Positions 15,001-22,725 of a stretch of 64,000 bases of DNA are shown here, piece by piece (within the stretch, counting starts at the first letter, position 1; each line of letters begins with the position of its first letter). The notes beneath the pieces are model-generated. The model was not told the DNA's origin and did no database searches. It worked only from the letters and a program-made list of their open reading frames with translations. Source of the stretch: Oopsacas minuta (taxonomy: Eukaryota; Animalia; Porifera); assembly GCA_024704765.1 (NCBI GenBank), contig JAKMXF010000111.1, positions 1,008,619 through 1,072,618 of the forward strand. Direction: 5' to 3'. The position numbers and the translations under genes were made by a program.

Positions 15001-18000
15001 TATATCTTGTTAGATCGATTCGCGGCGGAAACTCTCACGAATTAGGCTTTTGATGTCATGTTTGTTCACACCTTTGACTGATACTTAGCGCCAGTAATTA
15101 ATCAATCAATTAGGCTGTGAATTTATGAAGAACTAATGCAGTTGCTTTCGCCTGTAGACTTAACTAGTTATGCTGAATCCAAATTTCACGTTTTCCAAGT
15201 TGAAATTGCATGCGTATAAATTGATTGTTGGGTCATGTAAAATAAATTACTTGTTTCTCATCCGGAATTTCTTCGGAAATTGGGACGGCGGACGGTATTT
15301 TATTATTATTCTTAGCCTAGCTCCGTGTTTCTGCCCCCTTTGATTGCACAATCTATGATCAAAGAATTAAATTGTCCAAAAATTCGGAAAAAATACTAAC
15401 AAAATGTTTAGTAATAACAGTACTTATTTTTGAAAAACTTTCCCTGAATATTCAGATTCAGCTATATTATACGTATATCATTCGTATATCATTTTATATG
15501 TGCGGTATTTTAAATTAGCCTCTTGAATCAATGGATAAGATAACGTTCTATGATGAATCCTCTAGCGAGGAGGAAGAGCTGACTGTTCCCCTCCCTGAGG
15601 GTTGGGAGGATCGTATCACTCCCACTAACAAGGTCTACTATGTGAATCATAAGGAGAGGGTAACACAATGGGAGCACCCTGTCAGTGGTAAAATAAGATC
15701 AGTAACCTCCTTCCTACCTTACGGATGGGGTCGTCAGGAAGATACAGAAGGAAATCGTATTTTCGTAGAATACTTAGCTCAGCGTGCAGCTTACACAGAC
15801 CCCAGATTGCTAACTAATCCTCATAGAAAGAGGTATGTATTGAAAATAGCTAAAGCTCAAGGAAGGTTTGTGGAGAATTCCTTTACTGACAGAACTACAG
15901 CTGCTGAAGTAATCGAGGGAGTAGATATGACAGGAAAAGTAGCGATAGTTACAGGTTCTAACTCAGGGATTGGGTATGAGACAGCTCGCTGTCTTGCTTC
16001 ACAAGGCTGTCACGTTATAATGGCTTGTCGGGATATGACATTAGGTAATAGCAAGGCTGAGAATATCATCAAGATATTTCCACAAGCAAAACTGAGTGTT
16101 ATAAAGCTAGATCTTTCTCAAAAGGAAAGTGTTGAACAATTCTCATCGGAATTTCTCTCATTACAACTACCCTTACATATTCTAGTACTGAATGCCGGAG
16201 TATTAGGGTTGAACTGGGCTCTCAGTAGCTATGAATGTGAGATGCAATTCTCTATCAACTATCTTGGACATTTCCATCTATTCTATCTTCTCAAAGACAT
16301 ACTCAAACAATCTGCTCCTGCTAGAGTGGTGTGTGTATCTTCAGAAGCTCATCGATATACAAACCTCAATCATAGTAACTTAGACTTAGACACATCTCTG
16401 TCTAAAACTAAACCACGTGACTACACAGCTATTACAGCTTATGGTAATTCTAAGCTATGCTGTATCTATCTAGCACTAGAAATACATAGAAGATATGACC
16501 AGGATGGAATACATGCATACGCGGTGCATCCTGGTGTATTGATATCTACACGTCTATCACGTAATTGGTGCATGTACAGATTGTTATACTTCGCTTCCCG
16601 CTGCTTCACGAAAACCGTAGCTCAGGGGGCGTCTAGTGTTGTGTATTGTGCTGCTAGTCCTCTCCCTGCTGAGGAGAGTGGACTCTATTATTTTAACTGT
16701 AAACCTTCTCGTCCCTCCAACTCTGCACAGAATTCTCATCCAGCTGGAATTCTCTGGGATGTTTCACTGAGACTTATAGGAGAGGGTGACAGGAGAGAGG
16801 AGGACCTATCAGCTGATACTGAGACATAAAGGATTTGTGATTATATAGTTGTATACTGTTTAAGTCAATTACATTGTAGTAACTAGTTATACTTTTAGTG
16901 ATATTATTAATATTCTGATATCTGTAACTAGTTAGTAATATGAGTGATAAATCTCGAAAGAGGACACACCCTCCTCCCGATAGAGAGGACTACAAACTGA
17001 GACAAAAGAAGCGGAGACAGTCAGGGGGTCCTCAGGACACACAAGGGATAGACACATGGAAGATAGAAACCTTCAAACCTGAACACAACCCTGCTCCCTT
17101 TCTAGAAGAGAGTAGTTTCTCAATTCTATTCCCTCGCTACAGAGAGGTTTATATTCGAGAGGTTTGGCTACTAGTAGTACAGGCACTTAAGTCTTACGGA
17201 GTAGAGGCAGAGTTAGACCTGATAGAAGGGAGTATAACAGTACGTACCTCCAGTAAGACATGGGATCCATTCATAATAATAAAATCACGTGACATGGTTA
17301 AACTACTATCAAGAGGGGTACCTATCCAACAAGCCAAACGTATACTAGAAGATGATACAGTATGTGATGTCATCAAGATAGGAGGCTTAGTAAGGAACAA
17401 GGATAGATTCGTACGACGTAGACAGAGACTGCTAGGGCCTCAAGGTGCTACCCTCAAGGCTTTGGAACTCCTGACTGGATGTTATATGTTAGTACAAGGT
17501 AATACTGTATGTGTTATAGGAAGTTATGCTGGATTGAAAAGTGTTAGGAAAGTTGTAACAGATTGTATGAACAACATACATCCTATCTACAATATTAAGA
17601 CTCTAATGGTAAAGAGAGAGTTAATGAAGAATCCTGAATTAGCTAATCAGAGCTGGGATAGATTCCTCCCTAAATTCAAGAAGGTTAACGTGAAGAGAAA
17701 GAAAGTAGCTAAGAAACAGAAGACTCCTTATACCCCATTCCCCCCTCCCCCACCAGAGAGTAAGGTAGACAAGTCTCTGACTAGTGGAGAGTATTTCTTA
17801 GGGGAGAAAGAGAAGGAGAAAGTCCGTCGAGAAGCCAAGTCTAAGAAACAGAAAGAGATCAAATTTCAAAGAGAGGAGAAGAGACAGAAATTATTTGAAC
17901 CTCCTAAAGAATTTAAAGTGACAACAGATAAAATTCAACAACCAAATCAAGAAGTAGATATTATTGCTCTCAAGAAAAAGATGAAGAAAAACAAACTTGG

Positions 18001-20258
18001 AAATTATAAAAAGATTTCTAATTAGATATTTACAAACAATTATTGGGATAAGTTAACCTACGAATTACCTTATGAATAAATACGTGTAGAATCTTATGTG
18101 TAGCAATAAACTGACATGATGCAATGTTCTTTAACATTCCTAGTGCGCAGTGCTGTATCTAGGAAGGGACTGAGACAATTTTCTCGTCTATCTGCTCACC
18201 AGATGAGCGGTATAAGAAACACGGGTAGAGTATTCGCATCAGTTGCTCTACTGACATTTGGTGTGTCTTATGCTGCCGTACCGTTGTACCGATTGTTCTG
18301 TCAGGCTACAGGGTATGGAGGTACCACTCTTAGACATAAGGACCCTGAGAAACTAGAGAAACTGGAGCCGGTCCGAGAGAGGAAAATAACTATCCGGTTT
18401 AACGCGGATACTAACGCGTCTATGCAATGGCAATTCAAGCCTCAACAAAGTGAAATCCAGCTTGTACCAGGAGAAGCAGCTCTAGCCTTCTACTCAGCTT
18501 ACAATAGCACTGACAGACCAATAACTGGTATGTCTACTTACAATGTACTACCATTCGATGCTGGTCAGTATTTTATAAAAATACAATGCTTCTGTTTTGA
18601 AGAACAGATACTGAATGCTGGAGAGCACGTAGAACTACCAGTATTCTTCTATATAGACCCAGACATAGCGAATGACCCGGGGCTATCATCTGTTGACACT
18701 ATCACACTCTCTTATACATTCTTTGAAGCTAAGCCAGAAGCTAGTTTATATTATCAATTAACTCCATCTGTTAAGTAGACATTATAGATTAATTATTGTA
18801 TTAATTATAGCATCTATGAAACTTTGAGCAAATATTATTGATACTAATTAAACAGGGAATTTAGTAAAACGAGGAAAAGGGGTAGCATTTTTCTGCGTCC
18901 TTGGTACCCCTATTGTGGAGATCACATTGTACTGTAAAACGTGGGGCTTGCTAGCTACTTCCTTATTTTAGACAAATATACACTAAGAATTAAAATACGA
19001 TTATATACATGTGATGGTTACCTTATCTTGTTTCTAGTATGCCTACACAAGTATTAAGCTTACTACGTCCACCAGGGAAATTCCCTCTACGCCGTACGGT
19101 AGAATATCTCCAGCGAGGAAGACAATTAAAGCCTGGAATAGAAAGCGTAGGAATTTATTTTAAACCTCTCCTCCCAGCTGATTACGGTACCAGACAATTC
19201 GTATTCTATAATCTACCTCAATTAGTATATGTAAATCCTCATATACAATTCAATACATTCAAGAGTCAACGTAAATACGCTAGTATAGATTTCTATCTCA
19301 CGGGGGGAGATCGAATACAAGTTGACTTGGATGGTAAGACGCGAGAAGAAGTGGTAGAGGTTGTGCTAAAAATCGCAGAAAAAAGTCCTGAACAAATCGA
19401 AGCAGATAAAAAGCCTACTAATGTAAACCCTATGTATCCGAAGTACCTTATTAACCCGGCAAACGTTGGCTGGCGATACTTCGGACAGAGGAAGTGTATG
19501 TGCGAGGTTCCTGGACAACTTGTTTGTTCAAAATATAAAAAGAACTGGCCAAAAGATGTTAAAAAGTATGCAGATAAAATAAGTGGGATTGGTAAGGGAA
19601 AGAAAGTAGACAGTAAATTCGTAGATTTAGAAAAATAGAAATAACTTTATCATTATTACGAAGAATTGTAATTAAGATATGGTACATTTAATTAAAATTG
19701 AGGTTGTTGTCATAGCAACACATCTGGGGTGTAAATATTTCCCTGCGGTTCTAAGCTAAAGTGCCATACAATCCGCTTTTTTTATTTTCTTTAAATGTCT
19801 CCTGAGGATATCCATTTTCATTCGAATGGATCTTTATTGTAAAAGAAGCAACAAACACATAAAAAGTAGTGTAACATTGTTACGTATCGATTCAGCTGGT
19901 TGATGCGAGAAAATATGGAATATATGTATAGCCAAATAAATAGTATTAAAAAGTTAACAACTAACCTATTGAGCTTTAGGATATACGTCTTGTTATCAAT
20001 ATCATAGATGTTATTGACTTTACATCCTGGAAGTCTAAACAAACACATAATTATATGAACTAAATCCATATTCAGGGGCGTCGAACTTTCTAACTTGAAC
20101 GATCCTAGGGCTCACACACATATTGTCTAACGTAAATATGCCCTGTAGATAGAATATTTGTATTCCTACGTAAATAAATTAAAATAAATTACAACTTACA
20201 ATTTTTGCAATTCTCTTACAATCACAATAACATCAAGAGTGGTGAATCTTAATTTCAT
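1..20258 (-). CDS. NEMF: NEMF/Rqc2 ribosome quality control factor, multi-exon; 3' end runs off the window start; intron 2 is 17.7 kb
   Basis: Manual splicing: exon 1 20200-20258 ([19 protein letters not shown]+TT, gtaagt), exon 2 19966-20034 ([22 protein letters not shown]+AG, gttagt), exon 3 2195-2297 (tttcag, A+[34 protein letters not shown]), exon 4 2010-2135 ([10 protein letters not shown]...VELYDR), then [10 protein letters not shown]. Track ORFs 925-1182, 652-873 and 335-643 carry later NEMF motifs ([37 protein letters not shown]). These junctions are in phase. Confidence 0.93.
2592..6677 (-). CDS. WDR7: WD repeat protein 7 / rabconnectin-3 beta, intronless, nested in NEMF intron 2
   Basis: 1361-aa ORF. 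The N-terminus [14 protein letters not shown]...ATGC..G.IC.W matches WDR7/WDR72. It has multiple WD40 repeats ([36 protein letters not shown]) and a C-terminal WD pair. Confidence 0.88.
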   Translation of the reverse strand: MSTVVPLVFWGNEPPSHHVTCCAISPSGQEVATGCRSGFICIWSLSFREFTRVSTDQLSGQIIPPINNYQAHAKLLLVGASEQISALCYSQDGTMLYSASSNGEIIRWDAKDGACTHQIILEGEHIRMKYMGPPQTNHLLLVFGKYSRAYLLDARTLDLAIILTSEEQPNWINAMLPLPLSLHQKETHVLAITAEPLIKIWDVPRLDLQSPRESYCKEEDKSRHTDYINVQHLTYWPKLIAQRLLVVGTSYFKVLGVRVKSQLPELCHVDCMDHMFSLSGGDFVDNEHIVVWSRLSTAHMYSFLPTSTEDKFEVTYLRCLQADTSVSIPMYSSWDLLHRDGKVLLVQANVSGSLLMWELDLDLVADKEQSDPPKTCPHYTTSLKDVWELLDKQSGLTSYFKEVLLSHSSVSPSHIPDDVMVLESSWVERDPGFTNNFNISSILYLPELAKVMCGLTNGYVIIFPLVKTLDQIVFRSCSGDSVTDDVVVLKAHRGRVTALLYPRQYSEQFNSKYIMTGGADGVVRVWDIENRLHLHCFTEHVGEVLRLKVCPKMTNTRLNCGVCSIGQDYSVAILSLSEFREVLLCGNHSAPVTHVRWKPAEDLMLIRCDDGRVYIWQMDTGVLDRVIVGHLAEEIITTSNSGGLSSGQRRDSLGVKIPKVGKNSLINTKNIASIKMYRSHQHDAIIPTLLIHMEPLIDQLTSSEHIPSSDKQVSKVSANDLELSSSPTRPSPYDRRQETAFFTRFLISCLHSWGMDSKLDNICQEFLKIRLPAQFGMSPQYGLLSKYSCISLYLPGWGIEPSLLKLQDTPISSFPLCYKWCLSPGLTTQHLLALTSLSYCCMNLYSRKQLRSSNDESFQRKLTACSQLNTLTCVFLPEMLGHKFTPPHLSVLALKWPHHNGQIREAAQALLLAQLRSISYKALQSTVTYWYQHLPPQPISCRNGVKGITYGNKEALSGKKHSEVRLSKIETPPVGDYLSDPEALIKAKEYFTALIILSVIAAEFTDSGQDFSSTPSERTHRDILSKQEMEHVALSLQGILCCPQSSSCSLQGALRRTAAELIAKGFSFFCKYLEVPSVLMSLFEITVTQPVITVEEMLSVDYQLARNISMRALTNIFQTRADEMIDVLAKEVSTYIQFIGSSHSLIPVPGHEHQEPDIATGISKSGLHLLPRSRKVLLKILEELLKKRLPHVVLKIVEFMQLVIFCVGSDELRNRKIEEIFPPIEKLGCYTQCVKTSNLAVGRKSGYIGLFDLKHNKLQEFVGHSSPVTCLTFSIDGKYLCSYSQGSSEVRLWHVSTPPPILGQMVNPTVKLVKAVQAATPSDTQPVPPYSGHNNFRLFWLPKSKVLLLGDNPKTELEFSF
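8208..10118 (-). CDS. FERMT: Kindlin/fermitin copy A (F0-F1-F2-PH-F3), intronless; likely start is the ATG at 10118
   Basis: F0 motif [13 protein letters not shown], poly-Lys F1 loop, LRFKYHAF and [29 protein letters not shown] (F2), inserted PH domain, F3 ending [11 protein letters not shown]. The track's extra 23 N-terminal residues are absent from copy B. Confidence 0.92.
   Translation of the reverse strand: MAAKEVEWDLAVEVLHMGARKVLRVRSDWSVGHVLNTLSSKLLETNISHYGLWWPEQRLWLRKHQQSLHGYGVMSDAKIQLLNLNHRFYVELPDKSVYKCVMNFSRPVFEVVMELCRRMSIRRPEELSLLKFREDCAVGGRKKKKKVEKGAGLEDGTYHPDVNYGYQPEGVQFHRQNDSADLFAKEYTKNLKDLAYINSNWLESNRSLYEQDVFDEDHLYLRFKYHAFLDLNPQLDDFRIRQLFEQAKWSVLCEEVDCTEEEAMTFAALQFQVTLAYSQNEQQKKENFAAIASDIDQQLMELKDSLGQTDTDMQAPAEETFGYMRLTKGGFTLRGPKRYWFMLQGVTLCEYKTSDDSNIIDKYNLKGAVSEADLDPAKNKYAITLQLESGDDIRVLCDNADEYVKWMASFKIAGRGEIITESKLEREKASVNAFIAMQVGKNDTNGATPGAANPELQPNLLVSQSFIKKYKSKMKDLSRKIVESHASIPHLSLIEAQMEYISNWAKLQNFGISYFLVQFTRPKRDALLGIAFDRLIAIDINTFAQVKVWRYPAMERWKINWKTREMRVIHEEGDFGFTCLSCDPTVVHEFIGGNVFLFLRDDPHTPLNLEVFQQLTLDKHKPTAHSGWGEEQSARN
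11284..13197 (-). CDS. FERMT: Kindlin/fermitin copy B, tandem paralog, intronless
   Basis: 637-aa ORF with the same domain layout as copy A; F3 contains MEQWKINW. Confidence 0.92.
   Translation of the reverse strand: MAAKEVEWDLAVEVLHMGARKVLRVRSDWSVGHVLNTLSSKLLETNISHYGLWWPEQRLWLRKHQQSLHGYGVMSDAKIQLLNLNHRFYVELPDKSVYKCVMNFSRPVFEVVMELCRRMSIRRPEELSLLKFREDCAVGGRKKKKKVEKGVGSEDGTYHPDVNYGYQPEGVQFHRQNDSADLFAKEYTKNLKDLAYINSNWLESNRSLYEQDVFDEDHLYLRFKYHAFLDLNPQLDDFRIRQLFEQAKWSVLCEEVDCTEEEAMTFAALQFQVTLAYSQNEQQKKENFAAIASDIDQQLMELKDSLGQTDTDMQAPAEETFGYMRLTKGGFTLRGPKRYWFMLQGVTLCEYKTSDDSNIIDKYNLKGAVSEADLDPAKNKYAITLQLESGDDIRVLCDNADEYVKWMASFKIAGRGEIITESKLEREKASVNAFIAMQVGKNDTNGATPGAANPELQPNLLVSQRFIKKYKSKVKDLSRKIVEAHASFLNLSLIDAQMQYIRNWMVLLDFGISYFVVHFTRPKREALLGIAFNRMVAIDINTFDQIKVWRYAGMEQWKINWKSKEMRVIHEEGDFGFTCLSCDLRIVHEFIGGNVFLYLRDDPYAPLDLKVFQQLTLDKPTAHSGWGEEQSAREFVH
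13732..14394 (-). CDS. TIMM21: Mitochondrial import inner membrane translocase subunit Tim21
   Basis: Basic/hydroxylated presequence-like N-terminus, one TM helix ([17 protein letters not shown]), motifs [15 protein letters not shown] and [10 protein letters not shown]. Confidence 0.9.
   Translation of the reverse strand: MHSLFRSIFIISRKPVSMSFISRVYQPIAYGKPYKHTYLCYSTKLQSPLDQENVNEKIRHSSLLKVVERDPKALTPIEKVVRGGKDATYSGVIIVAFGLTAILIWAFFSEFFSSNSLNSLFTRTLKVIREDENVRRVLGEPIRGFGEHTGWNRRRHIDHVPYKVGDSDHMRIEYNVRGQRRMGRVNADLKKDGRGRYQIRYLLIRLEGIPEGTLIVQDSR
14395..15530. promoter_or_regulatory. Putative bidirectional promoter between head-to-head TIMM21 and WWOX
   Basis: 1.1-kb gap between divergent start codons. 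Visibly CpG-rich patches (gattcgcggcgga ~15017, catccggaatttcttcggaaattgggacggcggacgg ~15260) stand out in an otherwise CpG-poor window. Confidence 0.5.
15531..16829 (+). CDS. WWOX: WW domain-containing oxidoreductase, intronless
   Basis: WW1 LPEGWEDR...YYVNH...TQWEHP, WW2 LPYGW...YTDPRL, SDR cofactor motif TGSNSGIG and catalytic YGNSK. Confidence 0.95.
   Translation: MDKITFYDESSSEEEELTVPLPEGWEDRITPTNKVYYVNHKERVTQWEHPVSGKIRSVTSFLPYGWGRQEDTEGNRIFVEYLAQRAAYTDPRLLTNPHRKRYVLKIAKAQGRFVENSFTDRTTAAEVIEGVDMTGKVAIVTGSNSGIGYETARCLASQGCHVIMACRDMTLGNSKAENIIKIFPQAKLSVIKLDLSQKESVEQFSSEFLSLQLPLHILVLNAGVLGLNWALSSYECEMQFSINYLGHFHLFYLLKDILKQSAPARVVCVSSEAHRYTNLNHSNLDLDTSLSKTKPRDYTAITAYGNSKLCCIYLALEIHRRYDQDGIHAYAVHPGVLISTRLSRNWCMYRLLYFASRCFTKTVAQGASSVVYCAASPLPAEESGLYYFNCKPSRPSNSAQNSHPAGILWDVSLRLIGEGDRREEDLSADTET
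16940..18025 (+). CDS. KRR1: KRR1 small subunit processome component
   Basis: [66 protein letters not shown]. Confidence 0.96.
   Translation: MSDKSRKRTHPPPDREDYKLRQKKRRQSGGPQDTQGIDTWKIETFKPEHNPAPFLEESSFSILFPRYREVYIREVWLLVVQALKSYGVEAELDLIEGSITVRTSSKTWDPFIIIKSRDMVKLLSRGVPIQQAKRILEDDTVCDVIKIGGLVRNKDRFVRRRQRLLGPQGATLKALELLTGCYMLVQGNTVCVIGSYAGLKSVRKVVTDCMNNIHPIYNIKTLMVKRELMKNPELANQSWDRFLPKFKKVNVKRKKVAKKQKTPYTPFPPPPPESKVDKSLTSGEYFLGEKEKEKVRREAKSKKQKEIKFQREEKRQKLFEPPKEFKVTTDKIQQPNQEVDIIALKKKMKKNKLGNYKKISN
18116..18778 (+). CDS. COX11: Cytochrome c oxidase copper chaperone COX11
   Basis: [18 protein letters not shown], copper-binding [21 protein letters not shown]. Confidence 0.96.
   Translation: MMQCSLTFLVRSAVSRKGLRQFSRLSAHQMSGIRNTGRVFASVALLTFGVSYAAVPLYRLFCQATGYGGTTLRHKDPEKLEKLEPVRERKITIRFNADTNASMQWQFKPQQSEIQLVPGEAALAFYSAYNSTDRPITGMSTYNVLPFDAGQYFIKIQCFCFEEQILNAGEHVELPVFFYIDPDIANDPGLSSVDTITLSYTFFEAKPEASLYYQLTPSVK
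19039..19638 (+). CDS. MRPS25: Mitochondrial ribosomal protein S25
   Basis: [31 protein letters not shown]....[13 protein letters not shown]. Confidence 0.85.
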   Translation: MPTQVLSLLRPPGKFPLRRTVEYLQRGRQLKPGIESVGIYFKPLLPADYGTRQFVFYNLPQLVYVNPHIQFNTFKSQRKYASIDFYLTGGDRIQVDLDGKTREEVVEVVLKIAEKSPEQIEADKKPTNVNPMYPKYLINPANVGWRYFGQRKCMCEVPGQLVCSKYKKNWPKDVKKYADKISGIGKGKKVDSKFVDLEK

Positions 20259-21351
20259 TTCTTGGATTCTGCTCTATGATCTCGTGGATTTGTGATTTGG
20301 GAATTTAAGAACTAATTGGTGGATTTCTTGAAACATGGAAATATAAATAACGGAAAATAGCATGACGTTTATAAAGCATAGGAGTAAGACAAGGTTAGGC
20401 TGCTTAGGCTTCAACCTCTTAAATATTATTATTATACTTGACAGTTGTGTTACTTTATCTTTTCAAGGGATAGACTTGTGAGAGACGAGTACAACTAAAT
20501 GATTATAATGCATTATTTGATTATTTCTCATATAACTTATCAGTTTAGGGTTATAAAATACGCTACAAAAGTGATCCACTGAATTTGGGATTTCTCTTCA
20601 TAGAAGGCATAAAATAACAAATTATGAATATTAGTTGTCTAGCATCAAAGTGCAGGTTGGTGAAACAAGCTCATAAACACTACTTTTTTTGTAAGTATGA
20701 CATTAGAGTACAGATATATTGGTATACAAAACTGAAAAGTCTCCTTCGACTACATTTATATGCGTCTAATTCAAGAATATAATGTTACTGTATAGGGCAG
20801 TTTCGGTAGCTTGTTTACGAGGCCTCTTCACACAAATCCGATATATACTGAGGCCTACTAGATAAATATACACGCTATTACGCCTATTAGTATAAAGTAA
20901 TGTAATTTGGATAAGTCTATCCCAATGTCACCGTCTCTGCTATTATGAACTGACTATTCTGTGCGTGAACGTACTATATAATAATATCACTGCCACGCAC
21001 AACACAACAGTAGTATTACAGAATGTATTCGACCCAGGAATGTAACTATGCGTACGAATGACAAATTTATTATATGGATACAGTGGAAATGTTGCCCGCT
21101 ATATTTGGTCCTCACTCAGTTATCTGTTCAGTTATTTTGACTCGAGTACAAACCGGAGACCAAATATGGCATGACAATCCCAGTAGGTTCCACTGTAGTT
21201 GAGAAAGCGAAATTTTCTCCTATTTCAGGGTTGGAAACCAGTTACTTGGATATACGTATATTGCTTTTAGTGAATATTCGTTTATTATAAGTCCTGAAAC
21301 TTATTTTATTAGAAACTCTTTTTTAAGAAATATTATAAATTGCTTCTTTAG

Positions 21352-22260
21352 ATGACACAACTTAGACTAGTAGAGTATGTAGGAGATTCAGATATGACTG
21401 ATGAAGATCTCACCCCTGTTACACCACTGAACCACCCCTCTACCCTTAGTCCTACTCTACAAAACTCACACATAAGTACTGAGGTACAATCTACTCCAGC
21501 TCCTGTAGGGGTGGATATGATGGGACTGAGTGGTACTAAACCACTTCGCACCTCTAATTCAGCAGAACCTACAGAGTCTCTTAGTCTCTCTCAGGTTGTA
21601 TCAGCTCCTGAAGTTAATCCTCCATCTCTCCCTAAACACAATAAATCTGGCAAGAAGAGAATAGTTTCATATTATGACTTAGAACTCTCAGATTCTGATG
21701 AGTACTTAGATAATTCAAATCTATCAGATTCAAATACAAACTCTGCTATACAGAGGGAAACTCCTGTCTCAGTAGATGACCTCTCCCCTCTCCCTATCAA
21801 TGGGTCCTCTACAGGAACAGACTCCCCTGCTGAGACCCCTAGGAAGGGAGTACTCTACTCGGTTATGTTCCCTCAGGATCCATTGGGTCGCTGCTCTAAC
21901 TCGTTACAAGATAAAGTTATGCGAGCTTTGGAAAAGAATTTATGCTTCAATAAAGCCGTAGAACAAGACAAAAACTTTAGAAACCCAAGTATATACGAGA
22001 AAATGATAGAATTCTGTGGAATTGATGAGTATGGTACTAATTACCCTACCCACCTATTCGACCCCTCTCTCTGGAGGGAGTCAGGAGGGTACGAGAATCT
22101 GAGGAGACTTCAGAAAGAGGCTTATGACCGGAAACAGAAAGCCCGCGTAGAAGCTGCCGGCAGAGCTAGGATAGAATTCGTATCTGGAAAGCGTAGTGCA
22201 CAAGATGAAGTAAATGGGAATAAGAAGAAATCTAAATGGGATCTATCTCCTAACAACTGA
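21352..22260 (+). CDS. SAP30BP: SAP30-binding protein (HCNGP family)
   Basis: GRCSNSLQDK, KNFRNPSIYEKMIEFCGIDEYGTNYP..LFDP, C-terminal KKSKWD. Confidence 0.9.
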   Translation: MTQLRLVEYVGDSDMTDEDLTPVTPLNHPSTLSPTLQNSHISTEVQSTPAPVGVDMMGLSGTKPLRTSNSAEPTESLSLSQVVSAPEVNPPSLPKHNKSGKKRIVSYYDLELSDSDEYLDNSNLSDSNTNSAIQRETPVSVDDLSPLPINGSSTGTDSPAETPRKGVLYSVMFPQDPLGRCSNSLQDKVMRALEKNLCFNKAVEQDKNFRNPSIYEKMIEFCGIDEYGTNYPTHLFDPSLWRESGGYENLRRLQKEAYDRKQKARVEAAGRARIEFVSGKRSAQDEVNGNKKKSKWDLSPNN

Positions 22261-22725
22261 ATTGAGTGAATGGAATGTGTTGATGTAGACAGAAGATTAA
22301 ATGACTGAGAGAAAACTGCATTATATCAAATGGAATCAATTGAAGAGTGTTGTTACTTACATCACGACATCTAAATGCAAATATTATGACTTATGTTCTA
22401 TTCTAATTATTATTTCTGGGTACAAAGATTAACTGCATTTGTACAAATTAAATGCCCACTCTAGTCTGTATTGTAACATAAGGGGAATAATGGTACATCC
22501 TTACGAATCAATTCAAGTGTAATTCAGTTCCTTAAAATAGGCAATATCTGTAGTATGCGATACATACTCATACCTACATGTTTGTAACAGTTCTGTCTGC
22601 CTATGTTCCTCTACTTTGGTTTCTTGTCAATCTAAAGCTATCCTAAACCTTTTTGTATTTATTACCGCTTTAATCCTCATTTTTATTTGCTTAATTATCG
22701 ATCAGATCGAGAGCTCAGTGCAAGC

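Noticed and set aside
19818-20069. 83-aa minus-strand ORF as a stand-alone small gene
   Set aside because: Its middle is NEMF exon 2 with proper splice sites; the rest is intron read-through.
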